From Bacteroidota bacterium (GTDB taxonomy: Bacteria; Bacteroidota; Bacteroidia; Bacteroidales; FEN-979), in assembly GCA_016868575.1 (NCBI GenBank), contig VGGL01000006.1, forward strand, positions 1 through 56,008: a stretch of DNA of 56,008 bases, written 5' to 3'. A program made the position numbers and the translations under genes. This document shows, in pieces, positions 22,506 through 31,768 of this stretch. The notes under the pieces were generated by a model. The model was not told the origin of the DNA, did not search any database, and worked only from the letters and a program-made list of their open reading frames with translations. How positions within the stretch are numbered: position 1 is the stretch's first letter; every line of letters begins with the position of its first letter.

Positions 22506-23003
22506 ATGTTTTCAATCATCGTTGCCATCGCACAAAATCATGCCATTGGAAAAGACAATAAACTCCTGTGGCATCTCCCCGAGGACTTGAAAAGGTTTAA
22601 AAGAATCACAACAGGCCACCCGGTGATCATGGGGAAGAAAACCTATGAGTCTCTTCCGATCAAACCCCTTCCCAACCGAACCAACATCGTTATCTCAGAC
22701 AATCCGGCCGATCGATTCAATGGATGCGTCACAGTCCATTCCATGGATGATCTGAAACAATTTTGTAATGACCCTCAGGAAGAATATTTCATCATTGGAG
22801 GAGCTTCCATCTACCGTCAGTTCCTCGATCTTTCTGACAGGATCTACCTGACTACTGTTCACAAGGACTTTGAAGGAGATGTCTTTTTCCCTGAGTTTGA
22901 CAGGGATCAGTGGATTGTTGAAGAGGAGGAGCATTTCCAGGTTTCTGAAACCAACCCTTTACCCAACACTTTTTCAATCCTGAAAAGGAAGAATGAAAAG
23001 TAG
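22506..23003 (+). CDS. folA: Dihydrofolate reductase
   Basis: AIGKDNKLLWHLPEDLKRFK, IMGKKTYESL, PLPNRTNIV, IIGGASIY, GDVFFP. Confidence 0.97.
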   Translation: MFSIIVAIAQNHAIGKDNKLLWHLPEDLKRFKRITTGHPVIMGKKTYESLPIKPLPNRTNIVISDNPADRFNGCVTVHSMDDLKQFCNDPQEEYFIIGGASIYRQFLDLSDRIYLTTVHKDFEGDVFFPEFDRDQWIVEEEEHFQVSETNPLPNTFSILKRKNEK

Positions 23004-23011
23004 CGACAACG

Positions 23012-24274
23012 TTAAGTCTTACGCTTTTGTTTCTTGGCCGCCGGGAATAGAATATTGTTGAGGATCAGCCGATACCCGGGCGAATTTGGATATAAGTTCA
23101 AATCGGTTGGGGGATCGCCAACCAGGTGTTGATAATCCTCAGGATCATGTCCACCCAGAAAAGTCCAGGTTCCTTTCCCTGACTCACCATGAATATACCT
23201 GGCTTCATTCAGCGAGTTGTTCTCACCCATAACCAGCACATTCGGCTTTAGCTGCGCTTTATCGAAGGCTGTTGTCTGCCCCATGAATGCTTTGATGATT
23301 TGCTCATGATTCTGACAAAGCATAGTCGGTACAGGATCCCATTTGGCTGAAAACTCAAACAGGCTGAAAAAATCATTCTTCTCATTCAGGCTTCTGGGAC
23401 GTGTATTCGTCACATCAATTGATGATATCTCATATTCATACGGATTCTGGCTGAGCTTGAAATCCCTGAATGCAAAACAGTGATCATAATGAAGTTTCTC
23501 CTGAGCTTGCATATCCAGCGGATCACCATCAAAAGGAATATCACAAATATCAATCCCTTCGGCACTGAGAGCAACATCATAACTATCAGGAGCCGAGCAC
23601 ATGGAAAAAAGATAGCCTCCACCGGCAACAAAATCCCGGATACTCTTGGCAACAGCCAACTTCAACTTCGAAACCTTACTGTATCCAAGACGCCTGGCCG
23701 TCTCTTCCGAAATCCTGACATCTTCCTGATACCAGGCGTAATTTTTATAGGCCGCCCAAAACTTACCGTATTGCCCGGTGAAGTCTTCGTGATGCAAATG
23801 GAGCCAATCGTACAAGGGCAATACACCGCTGAGTATCTCTTCATCATAGATCACATCATAAGGTATCTCCGCAAATGTGAGCACCAGGGTGACGGCATCA
23901 TCCCAGGGTTGTTTGTTCTTGGGTGAATAAACTGCCACTTTGGGAGCCTTGTGCAACTTGATAACCTCCATGTTCGTGTTGGGGTCTCCTATTTCGAGCC
24001 GGATGGCTTCAGCTTGCACATCTGCAATAAGCCGGTAACTTACATCCCGAACCTGGCACTCCTGCTCAATCAACGATGCAAAAGGGATCATGAAACTCCC
24101 GCCACGGTAGTTAAGCAACCATTCCGCCTCAAGCCCTTTCGTCAATGCATAATAAGTTATCCCATACGCTTTCAGATGGTTGCGCTGTGCCTGATCCATG
24201 GGGATGAACAGGAAAGTTGCATGCGACTGGAAGCCCCAGGTAACCAGAAAAAGGGATATCAGTAATCGTTTCAT
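23012..24274 (-). CDS. Conserved exported Bacteroidota protein (often labelled 'asparagine synthetase B'); function unknown
   Basis: Signal peptide, IPMD..Q.NHLKAYG, WLLNYRGGSF, QPWDDAVT, WLHLHHEDFTGQYGKF, FSMCSAPDS, GHDPEDYQH. No N-terminal Cys of a true AsnB. Confidence 0.75.
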   Translation of the reverse strand: MKRLLISLFLVTWGFQSHATFLFIPMDQAQRNHLKAYGITYYALTKGLEAEWLLNYRGGSFMIPFASLIEQECQVRDVSYRLIADVQAEAIRLEIGDPNTNMEVIKLHKAPKVAVYSPKNKQPWDDAVTLVLTFAEIPYDVIYDEEILSGVLPLYDWLHLHHEDFTGQYGKFWAAYKNYAWYQEDVRISEETARRLGYSKVSKLKLAVAKSIRDFVAGGGYLFSMCSAPDSYDVALSAEGIDICDIPFDGDPLDMQAQEKLHYDHCFAFRDFKLSQNPYEYEISSIDVTNTRPRSLNEKNDFFSLFEFSAKWDPVPTMLCQNHEQIIKAFMGQTTAFDKAQLKPNVLVMGENNSLNEARYIHGESGKGTWTFLGGHDPEDYQHLVGDPPTDLNLYPNSPGYRLILNNILFPAAKKQKRKT

Positions 24275-24279
24275 CTCTC

Positions 24280-25806
24280 TTAAAACGCCCGGTCCTCATC
24301 ATGGATGTCATCCATCTTCGACATGACCGTACGGGCTTTGACACCATTAGGTAACGTCTGAACAGCAACATTCGTATCCGGTTCTTCAATAAAACCCGGA
24401 TCATAGTCAACAAACTTGGCAAACCTGGAGATGAACCTGAGCTTGATATCCTGGGTGGCACCGTTTCTGTTCTTTGCAATACTGATCTCTGCGACACCGG
24501 ATGTTGATTTTCCCTCTTCATCAACATCCAGCTTATAATACTCCGGACGATAGATGAATAAAACCTGATCGGAATCCTGCTCAATAGCGCCGGACTCCCG
24601 AAGGTCGCTTAATATGGGTTTCTTGCTTCCGGTCCGCTTTTCAACCTCCCGGCTGAGCTGGGATAAAGCAATAACGGGTATGTTCAACTCTTTGGCCAGG
24701 CTCTTCAATGAACGGCTGATAGAGCTGATCTCCTGCTCTCGGTTCGACCCTTTTTCCATAGATGCAGTCATCAATTGAAGGTAATCAATGAAGATGATTT
24801 CAATGTTGTATTGAGCCTTCAACCTCCGACTCTTAGCCCTGAGCTCGAAGATGGAAAGAGAAGGGGTATCATCGATATACAATGGAGCTTCGATCAGTGG
24901 TTTGATCTTTACATCCAGTTGTTCCCATTCATAATTCTCCAGCTTTCCTCGTTTCAACTTTTCTGCCGAGATACCCGTTTCGCTGGCAATTAAACGTGTT
25001 ACCAACTGCACTGACGACATCTCAAGGGAGAAAAATGCAACCGGCTTTCTGAATTGTACGGCAATGTTGCGTGCCATGGTGAGGGCGAAAGCTGTTTTCC
25101 CCATCCCGGGTCGGGAAGCCAGGATGATCAGATCCGACTTCTGCCAGCCATGGGTGACCCTGTCCAACTCAGTAAAACCTGAACCAACCCCGCGCAAATG
25201 ATGCTCATCGTCCTTGCCACGCTGGATCTCAGCAATCGCTTCCTTAACCAAATCCTGCATCAGGGAGTAATTACGCCGCAGACTTGATTCGCTGATGCCA
25301 AACAATGAGCTCTCTGCTTTATCGAGTAAATCAAATACATCGGTTGTATCTTCAAATGACTCCCTGATCACTTCACTCGAAATCCTTATCAATTCCCGCT
25401 GAACAAACTTCTGGATAAGAATCCGGGAATGGTATTCAATATTAGCGCCAGAGGCAATGCGGTTGGTTAGAAAGGTAATATAATAGGCTCCTCCTGCGAC
25501 TTCAAGTTCACCATTACGCTTTAACTCTTCCGTAACAGTCAGAATATCTACTGGTTCGGATTTTCCAAATAAACGTTTGATGGCGGAAAAGATGGCTTGA
25601 TGCGACTCCTTATAAAAGACTTCAGGTTGCAAAATCTCAATGACGGCTGTCAGAGCGTCTTTCTCCAGCATCATGGCTCCTAACACTGCTTCTTCCAACT
25701 CAACAGCCTGTGGCGGTACTTTGCCGTATTCGGGCATCACAGGCGCATGAGCCAAAGTACGTGTCTTTTTTCTGTCCGTTCTCGCTCCGGTTTGATTTTC
25801 TTTCAT
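24280..25806 (-). CDS. dnaB: Replicative DNA helicase
   Basis: PPQAVELEEAVLGA, Walker A ASRPGMGKT, FSLEMS, IDYLQLM, LSQLSR, SDLRESGAIEQDSD, IAKNRNG. ATG 25806 is preferred because a -7 element lies at 25836-25843. Confidence 0.98.
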   Translation of the reverse strand: MKENQTGARTDRKKTRTLAHAPVMPEYGKVPPQAVELEEAVLGAMMLEKDALTAVIEILQPEVFYKESHQAIFSAIKRLFGKSEPVDILTVTEELKRNGELEVAGGAYYITFLTNRIASGANIEYHSRILIQKFVQRELIRISSEVIRESFEDTTDVFDLLDKAESSLFGISESSLRRNYSLMQDLVKEAIAEIQRGKDDEHHLRGVGSGFTELDRVTHGWQKSDLIILASRPGMGKTAFALTMARNIAVQFRKPVAFFSLEMSSVQLVTRLIASETGISAEKLKRGKLENYEWEQLDVKIKPLIEAPLYIDDTPSLSIFELRAKSRRLKAQYNIEIIFIDYLQLMTASMEKGSNREQEISSISRSLKSLAKELNIPVIALSQLSREVEKRTGSKKPILSDLRESGAIEQDSDQVLFIYRPEYYKLDVDEEGKSTSGVAEISIAKNRNGATQDIKLRFISRFAKFVDYDPGFIEEPDTNVAVQTLPNGVKARTVMSKMDDIHDEDRAF

Positions 25807-25835
25807 TGATGATTGGCTGATTTTCAAAAGGGGAT

Positions 25836-25893
25836 CAAAGATAACCCAAAGATGTTTTTGAAGTGCTTTGTTAACTGGAAATAGTTATCCACA
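25836..25893 (-). promoter_or_regulatory. dnaB promoter (-7 TATCTTTG) with an upstream perfect DnaA box TTATCCACA (25885-25893)
   Basis: Both motifs are exact consensus matches in the short spacer upstream of dnaB. Confidence 0.6.
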
Positions 25894-25894
25894 A

Positions 25895-27124
25895 TCAGAA
25901 GCCGGCCGTAATGGCTAGCTTGATCCATTTATGCCACTTGCCTCCCTTGAACTCCGGACTCAATAAATGTTGTTCCGCCAACAGGGAAAATCGACCGTAG
26001 GATACCTGGAACCCCACATTCGAAGCCATGACACCTCGCTGGATATCGCCGGCAGGCAGCGTATAAGGATCACTATTTGCAAACATACGACCCTGAAGGG
26101 TGGCATCATACCCGATAAGCCTTCCTTCCACTTGCAAATGAAGATGATAGTCAAGGTTTTTGAATATCCCCTTGTCGGCAGGAAGCGGGCGGGACAACAA
26201 CTCATGTGAAAGAAATGATGGAAGATGACCTATCCTGAACTGGAATCCTGTAGATAACTGGTCGTGCAACGTTCCAACCTTCCCGCCAGCCTGGAAATTG
26301 AATTCATGGTATCTGCCCCTGTATAACATTTTTGAGAATAATAAGGAGTAATTGAACACAAAGCCATCTTTCACCTGGTTCTCCCATCCCAGGGGCTCGC
26401 TGTTTTCAGGGGTGATCGCATGAAAAGCCTTCTGAACCTGTTCTCCAAGTGAAGAAGGTCCGATCATACCAAGTTCTATCTCAGAAGTAATCCTTATCTC
26501 CCGTTTGGCATCATGACTGATCTTATAAAAGCCAAAATAGAGATATCCGGCGTAAGGCCGGTCGCCCTCATGAACCCCCCCTGTCTTCGTGGTAAATGGG
26601 GTGAACATATGTTGAACCAGGGTGATGCCATAATAATTCATTCCTTGACCCCGGTATGGGAACAAGATACGGTGAAGCGGGAAATGAGATAAATGGGGAC
26701 CCGCGTAATCAAGCCGCAATCCGTTGGTGTAATACCGGTCAGAGTAATTGAGAAAATCATTCTCGAAACTGAAGGTCAGGTAACTTCCGGTGTTCATATT
26801 CCAGGTGGAAAACCAGGTCTGGAAATAACCCACCGGAATCTCAGAAGGTCTTACAAAAAGATCTCCCAAGCCAACCTTACCCATCCGGAGTAACTTTTGG
26901 TTAATGCCTTCCCTTAAAGGTTCAACAGAATGACTCTCCGCATTTTTTCTGCGTTGCGAATGCTGGATCTTTTCCGGTTTTTCCTCTCCTGTTCTTGTGT
27001 TTCTGGCCTCATTGTCATCTATGACTACATTCATCCCGGCCTGCTTCTCCGATTCCATGATCTTATCACCGGAACAGCCGGTTAGCACAAGCAAGCCGAT
27101 AAAGAATATAACCCTTACAGACAT
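25895..27124 (-). CDS. LpxR family (DUF2219) lipid A deacylase-like outer-membrane protein with lipoprotein signal
   Basis: FENDF...DRYYTNG, DRPYAGYLY, LGMIGPSSLGEQVQ..FH, GWENQV and a terminal F. Lipobox LTGC after ATG 27124; -7 element TACCTTTG at 27167-27174. Confidence 0.8.
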   Translation of the reverse strand: MSVRVIFFIGLLVLTGCSGDKIMESEKQAGMNVVIDDNEARNTRTGEEKPEKIQHSQRRKNAESHSVEPLREGINQKLLRMGKVGLGDLFVRPSEIPVGYFQTWFSTWNMNTGSYLTFSFENDFLNYSDRYYTNGLRLDYAGPHLSHFPLHRILFPYRGQGMNYYGITLVQHMFTPFTTKTGGVHEGDRPYAGYLYFGFYKISHDAKREIRITSEIELGMIGPSSLGEQVQKAFHAITPENSEPLGWENQVKDGFVFNYSLLFSKMLYRGRYHEFNFQAGGKVGTLHDQLSTGFQFRIGHLPSFLSHELLSRPLPADKGIFKNLDYHLHLQVEGRLIGYDATLQGRMFANSDPYTLPAGDIQRGVMASNVGFQVSYGRFSLLAEQHLLSPEFKGGKWHKWIKLAITAGF

Positions 27125-27253
27125 GGAAAAGATTGTTCTCTCCTGATTAACAGGGTACATGAATAGCAAAGGTACTACTTTCAACAGGATTCTTGTGCTT
27201 CGGCCTGACATTCAACCTTCTGGAAAGATCAAGCCTCCGGACTGCCCCCCCGG

Positions 27254-28066
27254 TTATATCCTGAGCATCAGTTCTTTGATGAGTATCGTCATTTTAGGGG
27301 CTACTTTGCTGGCTGCATCAATAACGTCCTTGTGTGAAATCTCAACGATCTTTCCATGCACACCCAGGTCACTGATGACTGAAAAAGCAAGGCATTTCAA
27401 ATGCATATGGTGGGCAACAATGACTTCAGGAACCGTGGACATTCCAACACAATCGGCACCAATGATCCGGATGTAACGGTATTCTGCAGGGGTTTCAAAA
27501 GTTGGTCCGGTTACTCCGGCATAAACACCATGCTGAAGTTTGATTTCATGAATTCGCGCAATATCGAGAATATGATCGATCATGCCGGAATCATATGGTT
27601 TACTCATATCCGGAAATCGTGTTCCCAATCTTTCATCATTCGGACCCATGAGGGGGTTCGTACCCATCAGGTTGATATGATCCGTTAACAGCATCAGGTC
27701 ACCAACTTCAAAATCCGGGTTAACTCCGCCACTCGCATTCGAAAGGATCAGCAGCTCTATGCCAAGCATTTTCAACACGCGGATGGGAAAAGTAATTTCC
27801 TGCATCGTATAACCCTCATAGAAGTGAAAGCGACCCTGCATGGCTACCACCTCTTTTCCACTCAGGGTTCCGAAAATGAGACGGCCTTCATGCCCTTCAA
27901 CAGTTGAAACCGGGAAATTCGGGATCTCATGATAGGGGATGGAATGCCGGATAGAAATTTCCTCGACCAATCCCCCAAGTCCGGTACCTAATACAATACC
28001 GACCTGTGGCGACTCGTGTACCCGCTCTTTCAAAAAATCACAGGTTTGCACTATTTTTTTGTACAT
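27254..28066 (-). CDS. punA: Purine-nucleoside phosphorylase (trimeric, PunA/XapA type)
   Basis: GIVLGTGLG, STVEGHEG, QGRFHFYEG, NASGG, GPTFETPAE, VGMSTVPEV. ATG 28066. Confidence 0.93.
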   Translation of the reverse strand: MYKKIVQTCDFLKERVHESPQVGIVLGTGLGGLVEEISIRHSIPYHEIPNFPVSTVEGHEGRLIFGTLSGKEVVAMQGRFHFYEGYTMQEITFPIRVLKMLGIELLILSNASGGVNPDFEVGDLMLLTDHINLMGTNPLMGPNDERLGTRFPDMSKPYDSGMIDHILDIARIHEIKLQHGVYAGVTGPTFETPAEYRYIRIIGADCVGMSTVPEVIVAHHMHLKCLAFSVISDLGVHGKIVEISHKDVIDAASKVAPKMTILIKELMLRI

Positions 28067-29102
28067 AATACAGTATTCGTTTGTTAAACCTTTCTTCATC
28101 AGGCTCATGGAACCTCACCCTGATGGGGATGAAAAAAGCGGGCAAATCTATGAAAATTTCCTGAAGTGACTTATCTCTCAACCGCATCGCATCCTTTTCT
28201 GTAGTTACCAGAATCTTGTTTTTTGTTGGAAGCCGGTCAAATTCATTCCTGATTTTTTTCAGATCACCCGGAGAATATACATGATGATCAGGGAACCGGA
28301 TTACTTCAATAGCCTCACACAGTCTGCCCAGATGCTCCCGGAGAGCATAATCATCCGCGATGCCTGAAAAAAGAAGGATTGTATTGACCCTTTCAGGCAT
28401 TATATTAACAAAATCAGGGTTCAACGGTATGGCCTCATCATACTGAATGTAAGAAAAATACACCTCCTGATGGGATTGAAGGGCAAGCTCACTGATCAAT
28501 CTTCTGCGTGTGATCGGTGAAAAAATCTTGGGAGTCTTGGTGACAACAATCAAATCGGCCGGACAGGCCTGACTTCTGAATTCCCTCAGGCTTCCGGCCG
28601 GAAGGACAAAATCCTGTGTATACAAATGGTGATAGGCTGTGAGCAAAATGGATAACCCCGGTTTAACATACATGTGTTGATAGGCATCATCGAGCAGGAT
28701 CATTTGCAGCTCCGGATGAGTTTCCATCAACTTGTGGATCCCTCTCCTCCTCCTTTCATCCACGGCCACAACAACATCCCTGAACTTCCTGACGTACTGC
28801 ATCGGTTCGTCACCTATGTCATGATGATCATGAAATTCTCTGGCAATCATGAAGCCTCGGGTACGCCTGCCATACCCGCGTGAAAGCGTAGCAGTCTGGC
28901 GAGTTTCTGATAAAAGTCTGATCAGATACTCCACGTGAGGGGTTTTCCCGGTTCCACCAGCAGAGAGGTTACCAACAGAAATGACAGGGATATTGAATAC
29001 TTCCGATTTCAGAATACCGAAAGAAAAAAACAACTTCCTTACCCACATGATTATGCCATACAGGATACCCGCCGGATAAAGAAGATAATTAACCGCTGCC
29101 AA
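28038..29102 (-). CDS. lpxK: Tetraacyldisaccharide 4'-kinase
   Basis: SVGNLSAGGTGKTP, LSRGYGR, GDEP, LDDAYQH, LPAGSLRE, FPDHH, TTEKDAMRL. Confidence 0.97.
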   Translation of the reverse strand: MAAVNYLLYPAGILYGIIMWVRKLFFSFGILKSEVFNIPVISVGNLSAGGTGKTPHVEYLIRLLSETRQTATLSRGYGRRTRGFMIAREFHDHHDIGDEPMQYVRKFRDVVVAVDERRRRGIHKLMETHPELQMILLDDAYQHMYVKPGLSILLTAYHHLYTQDFVLPAGSLREFRSQACPADLIVVTKTPKIFSPITRRRLISELALQSHQEVYFSYIQYDEAIPLNPDFVNIMPERVNTILLFSGIADDYALREHLGRLCEAIEVIRFPDHHVYSPGDLKKIRNEFDRLPTKNKILVTTEKDAMRLRDKSLQEIFIDLPAFFIPIRVRFHEPDEERFNKRILYYVQKNSANL

Positions 29103-29193
29103 GAGAAATTGCTTATTACAAGGGTAAAATTAGGAAGAAAAAAGATACCGACCGACTAACAGGTTAAGAAATTTTCCTGAAAAATTCAGTGGA

Positions 29194-29580
29194 TTACTTC
29201 ATCGAATTTTCGGCCAGGATAAACTGGAGGTTGGAGGTCAACTCGGTTACCCCTGAAAGGTCTTGTCCCTTAAGAATAAAGTCCGTAACCCCTGCTTCCA
29301 TTGCCCGCTGATAAACCCATTCATCTCCTGAACCGGAAAAATAGATGATGGATGCTTCCGGCGATTCTGCTTTCAGCCGTGAGATCAGGTCTTCATCCTG
29401 AATGTCTGGAGAAAAGGAATCCATGATCACACATACCGGCTGTTCAACCCGCAGCCTCATGAACAAATCCTCAACCCTTCGAAAAACACTTACCCGGAAA
29501 CCTCTTGCACCAAGCCGGTACTGTAAAAAAGAAGCGCTGTTACGATCCTTGTCAAGAATACAAACGTGTTGATTTTTCAT
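29194..29580 (-). CDS. Stand-alone response-regulator receiver domain protein (atypical)
   Basis: Receiver topology: VCILDKD, VIMD (phospho-Asp position), IIYFSG, AMEAGVTDFILK. No output domain. Confidence 0.75.
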   Translation of the reverse strand: MKNQHVCILDKDRNSASFLQYRLGARGFRVSVFRRVEDLFMRLRVEQPVCVIMDSFSPDIQDEDLISRLKAESPEASIIYFSGSGDEWVYQRAMEAGVTDFILKGQDLSGVTELTSNLQFILAENSMK

Positions 29581-29619
29581 GGCTTTTCCTGGAAAAACAA
29601 AAATGAACATAAAAATGCA

Positions 29620-29664
29620 TCATCCACAATCGATACAATAAAACTTATTCACAAGAATTCCACA
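29620..29664 (+). promoter_or_regulatory. Cluster of three co-oriented DnaA-box-like 9-mers
   Basis: TCATCCACA (29620), TTATTCACA (29645, fits TTWTNCACA) and AATTCCACA (29656) in an AT-rich divergent spacer. Confidence 0.45.
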
Positions 29665-29729
29665 TCTTCCTCTTGTCTCTGATCAATAATCCGTATTTTC
29701 GGGCCGTGATATATCTAAATACTTGAGCG

Positions 29730-30824
29730 ATGAAAGCCAATGAGATCATTTCATACCTGAATGAATGGGCGCCCTTAGCTTACCAGGAATCTTACGACAA
29801 TGCTGGATTGATTATCGGGAATGGGGATCAAGAAGTCAGCGGAATCATTATCACCCTTGATGTCACCCCCGAAGTCTTGGAAGAAGCTAAAAAACGAAAA
29901 TGCAACTTCATCCTAACGCATCATCCGCCGGTGTTTAAACCGGTCAGAAGCATAAACCCAGCTTCATTCCCGGGAAATATTATTTACCAGGCCATAAACA
30001 ACAAGCAACTGATTTTTGCCTTGCACACCAACGTTGACAACACGCATGACGGAATGAATCACAATATTTGCCAGATCATTGGATTAAGGGAAACGAGGAT
30101 TCTGAAACCTTTACCCAACCAACTGGCTAAATTGGTTACGTTCTGTCCTGTGAAATTTGCCGCTGCCGTCAGGGAAGCCCTTTTTCAGGCAGGAGCAGGA
30201 AAACTGGGCGAATATGACTCCTGCAGTTTCAATGCAGAAGGGTTCGGCACCTTCAGAGCCCTCGAAAAAGCTCAACCATACGTGGGGAAGAAAAATATCA
30301 TCCATCAGGAACCTGAGTTGAAAATTGAAACGATCTTCCCGGTTCACCATCAACAAGAGATCATACGCGCGCTTAAGAAAACACACCCCTATGAAGAAGT
30401 TGCCTTTGACATCATCCCGCTGCTGAACACCTTCCGGGAAGCAGGTAGCGGAATGATCGGAACCCTGACCAAACCCATGTCCGCGAAAACATTCCTGAAA
30501 CAGATCAGAAAAAAATTCCAGATCCCCTGCCTGAAATATTCCGGTGATGACATGAAAACCATCCGAACCGTTGCCGTTTGCGGAGGCGCAGGGTCATTCC
30601 TCATCCCCGAAGCCATCTCTCATAAAGCCGACGTATTCCTGACCGGCGACATGAAATACCATGATTTCTTCGATACACCTCAAAACCTCCTTCTCATCGA
30701 CTTCGGTCACTACGAAAGCGAACAAACGGTAAAGTCACTGCTTTTCAACCAGCTTCATAAAAAATTTCCTACCTTTGCAATCCTTATTTCAGAAACAAAC
30801 ACCAATCCTGTAAAATACATCTGA
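29730..30824 (+). CDS. Nif3/YbgI-like dinuclear metal hexameric protein with PII-like insertion
   Basis: QESYDNAGL, THHP, LHTNVD, AGAGKLGEYDSCSF, HPYEEVAFD, GDMKYH, GHYESE. Confidence 0.95.
   Translation: MKANEIISYLNEWAPLAYQESYDNAGLIIGNGDQEVSGIIITLDVTPEVLEEAKKRKCNFILTHHPPVFKPVRSINPASFPGNIIYQAINNKQLIFALHTNVDNTHDGMNHNICQIIGLRETRILKPLPNQLAKLVTFCPVKFAAAVREALFQAGAGKLGEYDSCSFNAEGFGTFRALEKAQPYVGKKNIIHQEPELKIETIFPVHHQQEIIRALKKTHPYEEVAFDIIPLLNTFREAGSGMIGTLTKPMSAKTFLKQIRKKFQIPCLKYSGDDMKTIRTVAVCGGAGSFLIPEAISHKADVFLTGDMKYHDFFDTPQNLLLIDFGHYESEQTVKSLLFNQLHKKFPTFAILISETNTNPVKYI
30770..30777 (+). promoter_or_regulatory. Possible internal -7 element (TACCTTTG) for the zinc-ribbon gene
   Basis: Exact TAnnTTTG within the Nif3 3' end, 53 bp before ATG 30831. 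Confidence 0.4.
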
Positions 30825-30830
30825 TGGCTT

Positions 30831-31751
30831 ATGGCAAAAGTTGTAAAAAAAACAAGTGAAAAAGTCGAAAAAAAGCCGGCAGCAAAGAAAGTTGAGAAAA
30901 AGCCTGTAGCTGCTCCTGCCAAGAAAAAGACGAAATCCAAAGAAAAAGAACATCCGGCTGATGAGTCAATCATCGTCGTCAAACATCCGGTAAAAGAGGA
31001 AACGGAAGATAAAGGAGAGATCTCAACCGAAAAGAAACTGATCGCACTCTATACCTTGCAACAAAACGATACCCAGGTTGATAAAATCAGGATCATCCGG
31101 GGAGAACTTCCGCTTGAGGTACAAGACCTGGAAGATGAAATCGCAGGCCTTCAAACACGGATCGAAAACTATCAGACGACATTGGCTGACCTGAATAAGA
31201 AAGTTGCTGAACGCAAAAACAGCATCAAGGAAAGTCAATCCCTGATTAAAAAATATACCGAACAGCAAAATAACGTCAGAAATAACAGGGAATACGACTC
31301 CCTCTCCAAAGAGATTGAGTACCAAAACCTTGAAATTCAACTCTCCGAAAAAAGGATAAAAGAATTTTCCTTTGATCTTGAGCAAAAGAAGGAAGAGATT
31401 GCCAATGCAACCGAGATACTGAATGAGCGGACCAACGATCTGGAAGTAAAAAAAGGAGAACTGGAAGACATCGTTGCCGAAACAGAAAAAGAGGAGAAAG
31501 ACCTGATCCAAAAATCGGAAAAAAACAGGAAATTCATTGAGGACAGATTGCTTACCGCCTATACCCGGATTCGAAGAAATGCCCGAAACGGCCTGGCTGT
31601 CGTGCAAATCGAGCGTGATGCCTGCGGTGGTTGCTTCAATAAAATCCCCCCACAGCATCAACTGGATATCCGCCTTCACAAAAAGATCATTGTTTGTGAA
31701 TATTGCGGAAGAATCCTGGTAGATGAAGGTATCGTTAACATGATCCACTAA
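30831..31751 (+). CDS. Coiled-coil C4 zinc-ribbon protein (DUF164/CT398-like) with Lys/Ala/Pro-rich N-terminal extension
   Basis: Long coiled coil, NNREYDSL.KEIE, CGGC...CEYCGRIL. The Nif3 neighbour is the usual context. Confidence 0.9.
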   Translation: MAKVVKKTSEKVEKKPAAKKVEKKPVAAPAKKKTKSKEKEHPADESIIVVKHPVKEETEDKGEISTEKKLIALYTLQQNDTQVDKIRIIRGELPLEVQDLEDEIAGLQTRIENYQTTLADLNKKVAERKNSIKESQSLIKKYTEQQNNVRNNREYDSLSKEIEYQNLEIQLSEKRIKEFSFDLEQKKEEIANATEILNERTNDLEVKKGELEDIVAETEKEEKDLIQKSEKNRKFIEDRLLTAYTRIRRNARNGLAVVQIERDACGGCFNKIPPQHQLDIRLHKKIIVCEYCGRILVDEGIVNMIH

Positions 31752-31768
31752 CTTTAATTCCCCAGGAG

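Noticed and set aside
28661-28688. dif-like 28-mer GTTTAACATAC-ATGTGT-TGATAGGCATC
   Set aside because: It lies inside lpxK, encoding the conserved DAYQH motif. It has several mismatches, and the skew polarity indicates an origin rather than a terminus.
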